Part shown: piece after piece, positions 21,192 through 29,885 of the stretch
Layout: every line of letters begins with the position of its first letter
Numbering within the stretch: the first letter of the stretch is position 1
Source: Deferribacterales bacterium
Lineage (GTDB): Bacteria > Chrysiogenota > Deferribacteres > Deferribacterales > Geovibrionaceae
Reading direction: 5' to 3'
Length of the DNA stretch: 37,755 nucleotides
NCBI GenBank assembly: GCA_050253335.1
Contig: JBFWJG010000021.1
Coordinates: 1 to 37,755, forward strand
Notes under the pieces: generated by a model
The model's database searches: none
The model's input: only the letters and a program-made list of their open reading frames with translations
What the model was told of the DNA's origin: nothing
Position numbers and translations under genes: made by a program

Positions 21192-23690
21192 TCAGGCCTG
21201 TTCCTCCAGCCATGACTGGATTTTGTCAATGTATTCATCCTGAAGCTCTTTGCCGTCCGCCTCGCACATGGACTCCACATATACATGGACATTCGCCGAA
21301 TACTGATCCGGAACCATGTGCACCCAGCCTTTGGAGCCGAGCATTATTTTTATGCCGTCCAGAAAAGAGGCTTCCTTGTCCATGGCCTCCTCGCTCATTT
21401 TGCGCATCAGGAAGCCCTTGAGTTCAAGCGGGCAGTTGATCACATTATGAACGAAGTAGTACGCGGGAATAAGCTTCATAATATCGGAAACGCTTAAACC
21501 CACTTTCGCCAGCAGTTCAAGGATCTTGACAGAAGCGAACATTGAGTCGGTGTTGGTTCCGTTGTCGGTGAACATATAGTTGTTGTTGAGGTTGCCCACA
21601 AAGTCGAAGTTGCGCAGATATTCGCTTTTCAGTCCGGTGATCTTCCCGCGGACTATCTCAACGTTTTTCAGCTCCCTGTCAAGCACGGTGGGGGCGTAAG
21701 CGGGCAGATAAACCTTCATTTTCTTTTTGGCGGAGAGATCCATAATCTTCAGAATGAACATCAGCGCCCTGTCTGAACGAAGGCTTTTGCCCTCATTGGT
21801 GATTATATTAAGACGTTCTCCGTGGGGGTACACCACAAAGCCGAGATCGGCCTCCATGACCTTAACGATCTCCGAAACCTCTTTCATTGAAGTGGCAAGC
21901 TGGTGGATGGTTTTGGAGAGCTTCTTCTCATCCTGATATGCGTTGAGGATTACCGAATCCGTGCCTGTTTTGTTGAGGATTTCGGGATATACATTGTCCG
22001 TTGTGCCGTTCATCAGATCCACAACAAGCTTGAACCTGCGGGTTTTCACAAGGGATATGTCTATATTGCGCATGAAGCTTTCACGGTAGAACTCTTTCAC
22101 CATGGGCTGTTCGTATATTTCGCCTATCTCCTCGTGGGAGGCGCGGCGGAAGTTCTCGCGGAAGAAGACACGCTCGATATTTTTCTCAAAGTTGGAATCT
22201 ATGGGTGTTCCGTGCTCATCGAAGAACAGAATCTCCGTGTGGGTTGAATCTGTCTGCGACTGGCGGAAATACACGCCCGCAACCTCCCCGAAGGTGGAGA
22301 GCTTGTGGGTCATCACCGGCACGGGGGACATGCGCACATCAGTTGCGTTTACACCAGTTGAGAGCAGACCGCCGAGGAAGCAGCGTTTAAGCATCCGCGA
22401 ACCTCTGTGATAGTCACGGCTGAGAAGCACACGGGAGCCCGCAGGAAGCTGACTGCCGAAGGCTGAGCCGAGCTTGGCGGCCAGTTCGGGACTCATCTCC
22501 ACATTTGTGCGGGCGGAAACCTTGCCCCCCTCGAATATGGATTTCTTCCATTTATCGCCCCAGATAAGGTTGCTGCTCACTATCGAGCTTTCCTCTATCT
22601 GTTTGTTCGGCCAGACCATGACATCTTTCTCGAATATTACGTAGTTGCCCACCTCTGTGTCCTGAGCGATGATGAAGCCGCTTTCGCCCAGAACCTTTTT
22701 GCCGAGCTTAACACCGTTGCAGAGAACGGCGTTCTTTATATTGCAGGCGTAGCCTGTTTCAACGTTTTCCCAAAGGATGGATGACTCCACTGACGTGTCG
22801 TCCCCTATGGAGCATCCTCTGCCTATTACGGTGTCCTTGATTTTGGCGTTTCTGCCTATGACGCAGCCGTCACCGAGAAGCACCAGCCCCTCGAAAACCG
22901 CGCCTTCGCCCACTTTCACATCCGAACCCATGTAGCAGATTCCGTTGTCCTGCTCATTCGGCGTTCCCGCCAGCGGCAGTTCCACCTCGCCCGCAAGGAT
23001 GTCCTGCAGTGCGGCGCGGTAGGAATCGGGGTTGCCCACATCACGCCAATAGCCTTTGGCGTTGTAGCCGTAAATCTTCGTTCCGCCCGCCATCAGCTTG
23101 GGGAAGAGATCCTTGGAGAAGTCGAAGTTGCTGTTCTCCGGTATGTATTTCAGAACTTCCGGCTCGAATACATATATGCCGGTGTTGATGGTATCGCTGA
23201 AAACCTCGCCCCAGCCCGGCTTTTCCAGAAAGCGGACTATCTGCCCTTCCTTGTCGGTTATCACCACTCCGAACTGGAGAGGATCGGGCACTGAGGTGAG
23301 GGTTATGGTGGCTTTGGACTCTTTGAAGTCGTGGTAGCCTATTATTTCCTGTATGCTGAAATCTGTGATGAGGTCGCCGCTCACCACGATGAATCTTTCG
23401 TCAAGAAACGCTTCGGCCTTTTTGACCGCTCCCGCTGTTCCGTAATCATCGTCCGGCTGGACATAGCGGATGTTCACCCCTTTGCTGCTTCCGTCGCCGA
23501 AATAGCTTTTAATCACTTCGGGCTTGAAATAAAGGAGGATTACGATATCCACAATCCCCGCGTTTTTCAGGGAGTCGATAATATATTCCATCATAGGTTT
23601 GTTCATAACCGGAATCATGGGCTTCGGAACGCTGGATGTCAGAGGCTGAATCCTTGTTCCGAATCCGCCGGCCATAACCACTGCTTTCAT
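21192..23690 (-). CDS. Sugar-1-phosphate nucleotidyltransferase (mannose-1-P guanylyltransferase-like) + hexapeptide repeats + degenerate PGM/PMM domain
   Basis: MAGGFGTRIQPLT..PKPM, GTAGAV, FLEKP, INTGIY, YWRDVG; left-handed beta-helix region; phosphohexomutase-like C-terminal half. Confidence 0.88.
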   Translation of the reverse strand: MKAVVMAGGFGTRIQPLTSSVPKPMIPVMNKPMMEYIIDSLKNAGIVDIVILLYFKPEVIKSYFGDGSSKGVNIRYVQPDDDYGTAGAVKKAEAFLDERFIVVSGDLITDFSIQEIIGYHDFKESKATITLTSVPDPLQFGVVITDKEGQIVRFLEKPGWGEVFSDTINTGIYVFEPEVLKYIPENSNFDFSKDLFPKLMAGGTKIYGYNAKGYWRDVGNPDSYRAALQDILAGEVELPLAGTPNEQDNGICYMGSDVKVGEGAVFEGLVLLGDGCVIGRNAKIKDTVIGRGCSIGDDTSVESSILWENVETGYACNIKNAVLCNGVKLGKKVLGESGFIIAQDTEVGNYVIFEKDVMVWPNKQIEESSIVSSNLIWGDKWKKSIFEGGKVSARTNVEMSPELAAKLGSAFGSQLPAGSRVLLSRDYHRGSRMLKRCFLGGLLSTGVNATDVRMSPVPVMTHKLSTFGEVAGVYFRQSQTDSTHTEILFFDEHGTPIDSNFEKNIERVFFRENFRRASHEEIGEIYEQPMVKEFYRESFMRNIDISLVKTRRFKLVVDLMNGTTDNVYPEILNKTGTDSVILNAYQDEKKLSKTIHQLATSMKEVSEIVKVMEADLGFVVYPHGERLNIITNEGKSLRSDRALMFILKIMDLSAKKKMKVYLPAYAPTVLDRELKNVEIVRGKITGLKSEYLRNFDFVGNLNNNYMFTDNGTNTDSMFASVKILELLAKVGLSVSDIMKLIPAYYFVHNVINCPLELKGFLMRKMSEEAMDKEASFLDGIKIMLGSKGWVHMVPDQYSANVHVYVESMCEADGKELQDEYIDKIQSWLEEQA

Positions 23691-23784
23691 TGTATTTCCT
23701 CACTCTTTATGCTGTTTTTATTTCAGGGCGCAGTCTTAACGCCGCTTCTTTTCTTATATCGGAAGATGTGCTCTCGGTGTTTCT

Positions 23785-24153
23785 TCAGGCTTTGTTTTTC
23801 TTTATAACGGCAGAAATCTCATTCAGAAGAGACTCCAGATCAGAGGGGGACTTCACCCAGTAGCCGTCAGCAAGCCATGTGGAAAAATCATCCTGATAGG
23901 CGCTGTAGGCTGTTGCGAGGATCGTTTTCACCGTTTTGTACTTTTTGGTGATCTCCTGAAGTATGTCTATGCCGCTTTCGCCTTTAAGCTTGATGTCAAG
24001 GAGGATAACATCGATCTTCTCCTTCTCAAGTATCTTAAAACACTCGGCACTGTTTGAGGCTTCAAATACTTTGTAGCCGCTGTCTTCAAGCTCTGTGCGG
24101 TAAAGTAGCCTGATCTCTGATTCGTCATCGACAACCAATACCGAATATGCCAT
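23785..24153 (-). CDS. Single-domain response regulator (receiver only)
   Basis: VLVVDDE, phospho-acceptor ILLDIKL, ATAY, YWVK; RBS GGAGG. Confidence 0.92.
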   Translation of the reverse strand: MAYSVLVVDDESEIRLLYRTELEDSGYKVFEASNSAECFKILEKEKIDVILLDIKLKGESGIDILQEITKKYKTVKTILATAYSAYQDDFSTWLADGYWVKSPSDLESLLNEISAVIKKNKA

Positions 24154-24172
24154 ATCTGACCTCCAATTTAAT

Positions 24173-24272
24173 TACAAAAATACCTACATAGTGTGGTATT
24201 TTTGTACACGCTCGCGCCTTGCGGAGCAAGGCTTCGCTTCGCACGGCGCAACTCCAGTCCATGGAGTTGCAT
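24173..24272 (-). repeat. GGA-loop structured repeat, copy A (short type)
   Basis: Closely similar to 34830-34931 (acacgctcgc...cttcgcacggcgcaactcca.tccatggagttg); three hairpins. Confidence 0.85.
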
Positions 24273-24303
24273 ACGCTCCGGTACGCGTTCCGTCTCTTTT
24301 GAT

Positions 24304-24363
24304 GATAGTTCAGAAACGGTACATCCTGTCCGTTTCCTCACACGCTCGCGCCTTGCGGCAGGC
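24304..24363 (-). repeat. GGA-loop structured repeat, copy B (partial)
   Basis: atagttcagaaacggtacatcctgtccgtttcctcacacgctcgcgccttgcgg matches the starts of the copies at 34680 and 34830. Confidence 0.85.
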
Positions 24364-24376
24364 AATTTTTAAGACT

Positions 24377-24410
24377 GAAAATGCCCGAAGACCAAAAAAA
24401 GGTTCGGGCA
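24377..24410 (-). terminator. Terminator-like hairpin inside the leader of the response regulator/glycogen cluster (or the rpe terminator)
   Basis: Minus strand tgcccga-acc-T7-ggt-ct-tcgggca followed by tttt. Confidence 0.55.
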
Positions 24411-24504
24411 CAGCAGTATGCCGCATATTTTCAAGACCTGTGTCCGCCATCATAGTTCCGCAAAGCTTAACAAGTGAAAAAGGCGTGACACATCTTTTGT
24501 ATCA

Positions 24505-24534
24505 AGTATACCACGGGGCGGGAATAATGGGCAA
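24505..24534 (-). promoter_or_regulatory. Putative sigma70 promoter facing the glycogen cluster
   Basis: Minus strand TTGCCC-N18-TATACT with an extended -10 TG-G. Confidence 0.55.
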
Positions 24535-24580
24535 TACGATAAAGATTTGGATTAGTTTGAAAAAATGTCAGGAAATGCGG

Positions 24581-25219
24581 TTACTTGAGCGATTTTATCG
24601 CTTCAGCGTATGAGGATGCGCCGAAAACATAGCTTCCGGCAACAACGGCATTGCAGCCGGCGTTTTCAAGAATTTTTACATTTTTATCAGTGACTCCGCC
24701 GTCAACCTCGATGATAAGTTCAGGCCTGAGAGCCTTTTTCATTTCGGCAAGCTTGGCAACCTTGGCCACCGAACTCTCTATAAACTTCTGTCCGCCGAAA
24801 CCGGGGTTCACAGACATTATCAGCACCATATCCAGAAAAGGCAGAATCTCCTCCAGCACGGAGACAGGAGTGTGGGGATTGAGAGAGACACCTGCCATGC
24901 ATCCATGAACTTTGATCTCGCTCACTGTTCTGTGAAGATGTGTGCACGCTTCATAATGCACGGTTATGAGGTTTGAGCCGGCATCGGCAAAGTCTTTGAT
25001 GTATCTGTCGGGGTCGGTGATCATCAGGTGCACGTCAAAAGGCTTCTGCGTGGTTTTGCGCAGATGTTTCACCACAGGCGCGCCGAAGGTGATATTAGGA
25101 ACGAATACGCCGTCCATGACATCAAGGTGGATCCAGTCTGCCCCGCCCTTGTCGATGGCCTGTATCTCTTCCGCCAGTCTTGAAAAATCCGCGCTGAGTA
25201 TTGAAGGTGCAACTATCAT
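24581..25219 (-). CDS. rpe: Ribulose-phosphate 3-epimerase
   Basis: APSILSADF, HLDVMDG.FVPNITFG, DVHLMI, MSVNPGFGGQKFI, IEVDGG, VAGS. Confidence 0.98.
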   Translation of the reverse strand: MIVAPSILSADFSRLAEEIQAIDKGGADWIHLDVMDGVFVPNITFGAPVVKHLRKTTQKPFDVHLMITDPDRYIKDFADAGSNLITVHYEACTHLHRTVSEIKVHGCMAGVSLNPHTPVSVLEEILPFLDMVLIMSVNPGFGGQKFIESSVAKVAKLAEMKKALRPELIIEVDGGVTDKNVKILENAGCNAVVAGSYVFGASSYAEAIKSLK

Positions 25220-25327
25220 CGGGCTATGATATTCATCAGCGTATGAATGTCAACAAATTAAAAGGGACTCCCTGTTTTTTACAAATTTTATATAACGGCA
25301 GCCCAAACCGGAGCCGATGGATCATTT

Positions 25328-26320
25328 ATGAAAAAGCTTTTTATCACATTTCTTCTTACAGTATTCACGGGAACTCCGTCTTTCGCCGTGCCCCTCACTG
25401 ACGAGGCTCTCTCATTCGCGGACAGGCTCTATTCGAAATACGGCATCGACCCTGTGAAAACCGCACTTATCATTCAGAGCGCAGAATATTCCGAAAAGGC
25501 TCTCTCTCTTATGGACAGACAGTTTGAAAAAAGCGGCTGGGGGGTTTACAGAAAAGGGATGGTAACAGGTCCCAGAAGCACCAAAGGGGGCAGGTTTTAC
25601 CTTGAACACAGACCAAGCCTCGAGCTGGCTTATATGCAGTTCGGCGTGACTCCGGAGATAATCGCCGCAATACTCGCTGTGGAAACCAACTACGGAGACT
25701 ACAAACTGCCTCACAGAGCTGTTGACGTTCTTTCCACCCTCGGCTTCTTTTATCCGAGGCGCGCAGACTACTTCCGCTCCGAGCTGGAAGCGCTTTTAGC
25801 CTATGCGGAAAAGAAAGGTATGGATCCCTTCTCGTTCATGAGCTCATACGCAGGCGCTGTGGGCATACCGCAGTTTATGCCCAGCAACATAAGCAAATAC
25901 GGAGTTGATTTCGGCGGGGACAGCATTGTCGATCTTGTTAACAGCAAAACAGATGCAATAGGAAGCGTTGCGAATTATCTGGCCAAGTTCGGCTGGCAGA
26001 AGGACAAACCAACCGCAATAAAGCTCCGCGGCACAGGGTTTGACAGCTTTCTGGGGCAGGGATACGAGCCGAAATTCACGGTTAAGGAGCTTGAGGACGC
26101 AGGAATAGTCTTCGCCATACCGGCAGACCCGTCAGAAAAAGTGAACCTGATACGCCTCCAGACAGACAAAGGCTTTGAGCATTGGGCAATATTCAGCAAT
26201 TTCAGAACAATAATGCGCTACAACAACAGCGCAAACTATGCTCTGGCTGTTCTTCTCATAAGCAAGAATATTGAGGAGGAAAGAAAAATGCTGGAGGCGG
26301 AAAATACGGGAGGCTCATGA
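25328..26320 (+). CDS. mltB: Lytic murein transglycosylase B family (SLT_2)
   Basis: Signal peptide; catalytic AILAVETNYG, SYAGAVGIPQFMPS, GVDF.GD, SVANYL, YNNS..YA. Confidence 0.9.
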   Translation: MKKLFITFLLTVFTGTPSFAVPLTDEALSFADRLYSKYGIDPVKTALIIQSAEYSEKALSLMDRQFEKSGWGVYRKGMVTGPRSTKGGRFYLEHRPSLELAYMQFGVTPEIIAAILAVETNYGDYKLPHRAVDVLSTLGFFYPRRADYFRSELEALLAYAEKKGMDPFSFMSSYAGAVGIPQFMPSNISKYGVDFGGDSIVDLVNSKTDAIGSVANYLAKFGWQKDKPTAIKLRGTGFDSFLGQGYEPKFTVKELEDAGIVFAIPADPSEKVNLIRLQTDKGFEHWAIFSNFRTIMRYNNSANYALAVLLISKNIEEERKMLEAENTGGS

Positions 26321-26329
26321 AAGCCTCCC
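26308..26329. terminator. Hairpin between convergent mltB and ABC ATPase genes
   Basis: gggaggct-catgaa-agcctccc, an 8-bp stem overlapping the mltB stop. Confidence 0.5.
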
Positions 26330-26338
26330 CGCTCTGTC

Positions 26339-27064
26339 TTACAATATCTGACTGAGAAATTTCTTCAGTCTTTCGTTCTGAGGATTGTTATATATAGCCT
26401 CAGGCGTGTTTTCTTCGATTTTGAGCCCTTCATCCATGAAGACCACCCTGTCTGACACTTCACGGGCAAAGCCCATTTCATGAGTTACCACAACCATTGT
26501 CATCCCCTCTTTGGCGAGGGTTTTTATAACGTCAAGAACCTCGCCTATCATCTCGGGGTCAAGGGCGCTTGTGGGTTCATCAAAAAGCATGACCTTCGGA
26601 CGCATGGCAAGGGCTCTGGCTATCGCCACCCTCTGCTGCTGACCGCCGGAAAGCTGTGAAGGGTAGCTGTCCCTCTTGTCCGCAAGCCCTACCTTGGCGA
26701 GCAGATTCTCGGCTATCTTAACCGCTTCCGCCTCTTTCATTTTCTTAACTTTCAGCGGAGCAAGGGTAATATTGCCCAGCACTGTTTTGTGGGGAAAAAG
26801 GTTGAAGCTCTGGAAAACCATCCCCACATCCTCCCGAAGCTTGTTTATGTTCGTTTTGGGATGAGTGAGCGAGTTTCCGTCTATCTCTATTTCTCCGGAG
26901 GTAACTTCCTCAAGGAGATTCAGTGTTCTCAGCATAGTGGATTTGCCCGAACCGGAAGGACCGATGATAACCACCACCTCTCCCTGAGCGACATCCAGAT
27001 CAACCCCTTTAAGTGCCTGAACACCGTTGGGGTAAGTTTTTACAACATTTCTTGCTTTAATCAT
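26339..27064 (-). CDS. Polar amino acid ABC transporter ATP-binding protein (GlnQ family)
   Basis: [55 protein letters not shown]. Confidence 0.96.
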   Translation of the reverse strand: MIKARNVVKTYPNGVQALKGVDLDVAQGEVVVIIGPSGSGKSTMLRTLNLLEEVTSGEIEIDGNSLTHPKTNINKLREDVGMVFQSFNLFPHKTVLGNITLAPLKVKKMKEAEAVKIAENLLAKVGLADKRDSYPSQLSGGQQQRVAIARALAMRPKVMLFDEPTSALDPEMIGEVLDVIKTLAKEGMTMVVVTHEMGFAREVSDRVVFMDEGLKIEENTPEAIYNNPQNERLKKFLSQIL

Positions 27065-27078
27065 TTGCGCGCCTCCCT

Positions 27079-28023
27079 TTAATCACTGCTTGCCATTTTC
27101 TTTTCAAGCTTCTGCACCAGAACGGAAAGCCCCGATGTGAGCACAAGATAAAGAAGCGCAACCGTGAACCATGTTTCAAACGGGCTGAAAGTGGTGGCGC
27201 TGACCTCCCTGCCTGCCTTTGTGAGGTCGGTTATGGAGATTACCGAAACAAGGGAGGAGTCTTTGATAAGGGATATGAACTGCCCCGCCATAGGGGGGAG
27301 AGTTCTTTTGACGGCCTGAGGCAGAACAACATAGATCATTGCCTTTGTGTAGCTCATGCCGAGGCTTCGTGCCGCTTCCATCTGCCCTTTGTGGATTGAC
27401 TGAATGCCCGCGCGGACAATCTCCGCGACATATGCGCCCGTAAAAACCGCAAGGGCGGCCACGCCCGCAGTGAAGCGGTCCAGGGAGAGAACGGTTCCGA
27501 TAAAGAAATAGAATATGAATATCTGCACCAGAAGCGGAGTGCCCCTGATCAGCTCAACATAAAGTATGGAGAGCTTCTTGAACATCGGGTTGCGCGAAAT
27601 CCTCGCCAGCCCGGCAAAAACGCCGATGATCACGGCGAAAATTATCGAGAAGAAGGATATCTGAAGTGTGGTGGCAAGCCCGATTAAGAGCGGGCCTGCC
27701 TTCCACGATTTATTTACGGCAACAGTGTGCCCTTTCAGTACTGTATCGCCGTCACCAAGTCTGCTTTCCTGCGGTTTTTCAACAACGAAAGCTTCGCCTC
27801 CGCCGTGGGGGACAACACTGATTCTCCCTTTTTCAACAACGGCTTTGCCGTCAAAGGGAGCTTTGACTGTCTCCTCCGCAGTGTAGATGATGAACTGTGG
27901 AATCCTGTTCCAGCGCCATTTGTAGTCGATCTCAAGGGTCGCCATATACAGAGCGCCGATCAGCGCGGCCACCAGCGCATAAAACGCTATGTTCCAAGCA
28001 AGGTCTTTTCCTGAACGGGTCAC
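27079..28023 (-). CDS. Polar amino acid ABC transporter permease (HisM/GlnP family) with an extra periplasmic insert
   Basis: [44 protein letters not shown] start. Confidence 0.94.
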   Translation of the reverse strand: MTRSGKDLAWNIAFYALVAALIGALYMATLEIDYKWRWNRIPQFIIYTAEETVKAPFDGKAVVEKGRISVVPHGGGEAFVVEKPQESRLGDGDTVLKGHTVAVNKSWKAGPLLIGLATTLQISFFSIIFAVIIGVFAGLARISRNPMFKKLSILYVELIRGTPLLVQIFIFYFFIGTVLSLDRFTAGVAALAVFTGAYVAEIVRAGIQSIHKGQMEAARSLGMSYTKAMIYVVLPQAVKRTLPPMAGQFISLIKDSSLVSVISITDLTKAGREVSATTFSPFETWFTVALLYLVLTSGLSVLVQKLEKKMASSD

Positions 28024-28039
28024 TATCGCCTACTCCGAA

Positions 28040-28876
28040 TTATTCCTGAATATCTTTCAGCCAGTCGTTGGAAAGGAACCATTTGTTGTATGTTTCCTGA
28101 TAGAATCCGTCGCCTTTAACCTGAGCAAGGAAGTTGTTCAGCCAGTTCATAAAGTCGTAGTCGCCTTTTCTGATGGCCCATGCAAGGGGTTCATATGTGA
28201 AGGGCTCGTCTATGAAGAAGAGGTTTTCGCTGTTCTGAGAGAAGAAAGACGCGTTGTAGGGAAGGTCATAAACAAAAGCGTCCGCTTTGCCGTTTATAAC
28301 TTCCATAGCCGCTTCCTGCTCAGTTTCGAAAAGTCTGATTGTGGCGTTGCCTATGAATCTTTTTGTTGCGTATTCAGCAGTTACGCCGAGTTTTGTCGCG
28401 ATAACGAACTTGGGATCGTTAAGATCTGCATAGCTCTTTACAGTGCCTTCGTGTTTTTTGTGCACAAGGATTGTCTGGCCTACAGTGATGTAGGGGTTCG
28501 CGAAGTTAACCTGAATGTTTCTTTCAGGAGTGATTGTCATGCCTGACATGATTATGTCAAACTTCTTAGTAAGAAGAGAAGGAATGATTCCGTCCCATGC
28601 AGTGTTTACAAGAACAAGCTTAACACCGAGGTCTTTAGCCATTCTTTCCGCCATGTCAACGTCGAAGCCAACGATGTCGCCCTGTTTGTTTTTAAGCTCG
28701 AAGGGCATGTAGCCTGCTTCAAGACCGACATGAAGTTCGCCTCTCTTGACTATTTCATCAAGTACGGAACCGGCTGCTGCGGGTGCGGCGGATGTTTCTG
28801 ATGTTGCCTCTTTTTTTTCGGATGAGCAGGCAAAGCTCATCAGCATTACGGCAAGAATTACCAGTAATTTCTTCAT
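28040..28876 (-). CDS. Polar amino acid ABC transporter substrate-binding lipoprotein (SBP_bac_3)
   Basis: Lipobox SFAC, YMPFE, GFDVD, WDGIIPSL, SGMTITPER, F..PY. Confidence 0.94.
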   Translation of the reverse strand: MKKLLVILAVMLMSFACSSEKKEATSETSAAPAAAGSVLDEIVKRGELHVGLEAGYMPFELKNKQGDIVGFDVDMAERMAKDLGVKLVLVNTAWDGIIPSLLTKKFDIIMSGMTITPERNIQVNFANPYITVGQTILVHKKHEGTVKSYADLNDPKFVIATKLGVTAEYATKRFIGNATIRLFETEQEAAMEVINGKADAFVYDLPYNASFFSQNSENLFFIDEPFTYEPLAWAIRKGDYDFMNWLNNFLAQVKGDGFYQETYNKWFLSNDWLKDIQE

Positions 28877-28887
28877 ATTACTTCCTC

Positions 28888-29058
28888 CTAATAGGATTTT
28901 CCTTCTTCAAGAATTTCCGAGATAATCATGTTGGAGCCGCATTCCGGACATTTGCCGATCTGCTCTTTAGGGATGTATTTGATTTGGGTAAACTCGCACT
29001 TCGGACACTTAACTTCAACAGCCTGAATTTTGTCAGAATCGGAATTTTTCTTACTCAT
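28888..29058 (-). CDS. Small zinc-ribbon protein, 56 aa (below the ORF-track cutoff)
   Basis: My translation: MSKKNSDSDKIQAVEVKCPKCEFTQIKYIPKEQIGKCPECGSNMIISEILEEGKSY*. Two CxxC knuckles, upstream GGAG RBS, and a TAG stop that overlaps the AGGAGG RBS of the SBP gene. Confidence 0.85.
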   Translation of the reverse strand: MSKKNSDSDKIQAVEVKCPKCEFTQIKYIPKEQIGKCPECGSNMIISEILEEGKSY

Positions 29059-29238
29059 CCCCGAAACTCCCGTAAAATAAATTGGTCTTACCCCAGTAAA
29101 AACCGCATACTATAATAAAACTGTTAAAAAATAAAGCTAATTGTGGCATAACACCTGTTATCTGTAGCATCACACAGTTAAAGGAGCCTTAAAATCAAAC
29201 TGTTCAGGAAACTTCTGCGTTCCGCGGGGAAGCCTACT

Positions 29239-29865
29239 ATGGAGAAGGGGGCGAACGCTCTTCAGGAGAAAAATTTCTCCAGAGCCTACCGCATCTTCTC
29301 CGCCCTTGCGGATGAAAATGTTCCGGAAGCCGTGTTCGCCCTCGGCACAATGTATGAGAACGGATTCGGGCTTCCGCAGGATCTGAGACGCGCCCTCAAG
29401 CTTTACATAGCTTCCGCCAGAAGAGGGGTTAATGAAGGAGCATACCGCGCGGCGATGATACTCATCAAAGGCGACACCGGCCACAGGGATCCGCTTCTTG
29501 CCGTAAGGCTCCTTGAGGAAGCGGCGGAACGCGGCCATGACAGAGCGCAGTATAAGCTGGGGTTTTACCATCAGGCGGCAAAATATGTTGTGCGGGACTA
29601 CGACAAAAGCATCGCATACTACAGACAGGCGGCGGAACAGGGAAACGCCGACGCGCAGAACAAACTGGGACTTATGCACGCCGCAGGCAAGGGAACAGCG
29701 AAGAACTATGAAGAGGCGATAAAATGGCTTACGCTCGCCGCCGGACAGCGGCACCCCGAGGCACTGTATAACCTCGCGTGCATGTATCATGAAGGAAAAG
29801 GCGTGCAGGCAGACCTGAAAAAAGCCGTTCGGCTGTTCAAACTCGCCGCCAAGGCATACGGATAA
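29239..29865 (+). CDS. Sel1-like repeat (TPR) protein
   Basis: Five repeats of type A...LG.MY..G.G...D...A..(W/Y)...AA..G. Confidence 0.92.
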   Translation: MEKGANALQEKNFSRAYRIFSALADENVPEAVFALGTMYENGFGLPQDLRRALKLYIASARRGVNEGAYRAAMILIKGDTGHRDPLLAVRLLEEAAERGHDRAQYKLGFYHQAAKYVVRDYDKSIAYYRQAAEQGNADAQNKLGLMHAAGKGTAKNYEEAIKWLTLAAGQRHPEALYNLACMYHEGKGVQADLKKAVRLFKLAAKAYG

Positions 29866-29885
29866 CAAGGCTCAGCCATCAGCGA

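Noticed and set aside
24168..24613. ORFs 24168-24365 (-) and 24191-24613 (+)
   Set aside because: They run through palindromic repeats and the leader, have no recognisable motifs or good RBS, and are probably spurious.
29170..29868. 232-aa minus-strand ORF opposite the Sel1 gene
   Set aside because: Its apparent periodicity mirrors the Sel1 repeats on the other strand.
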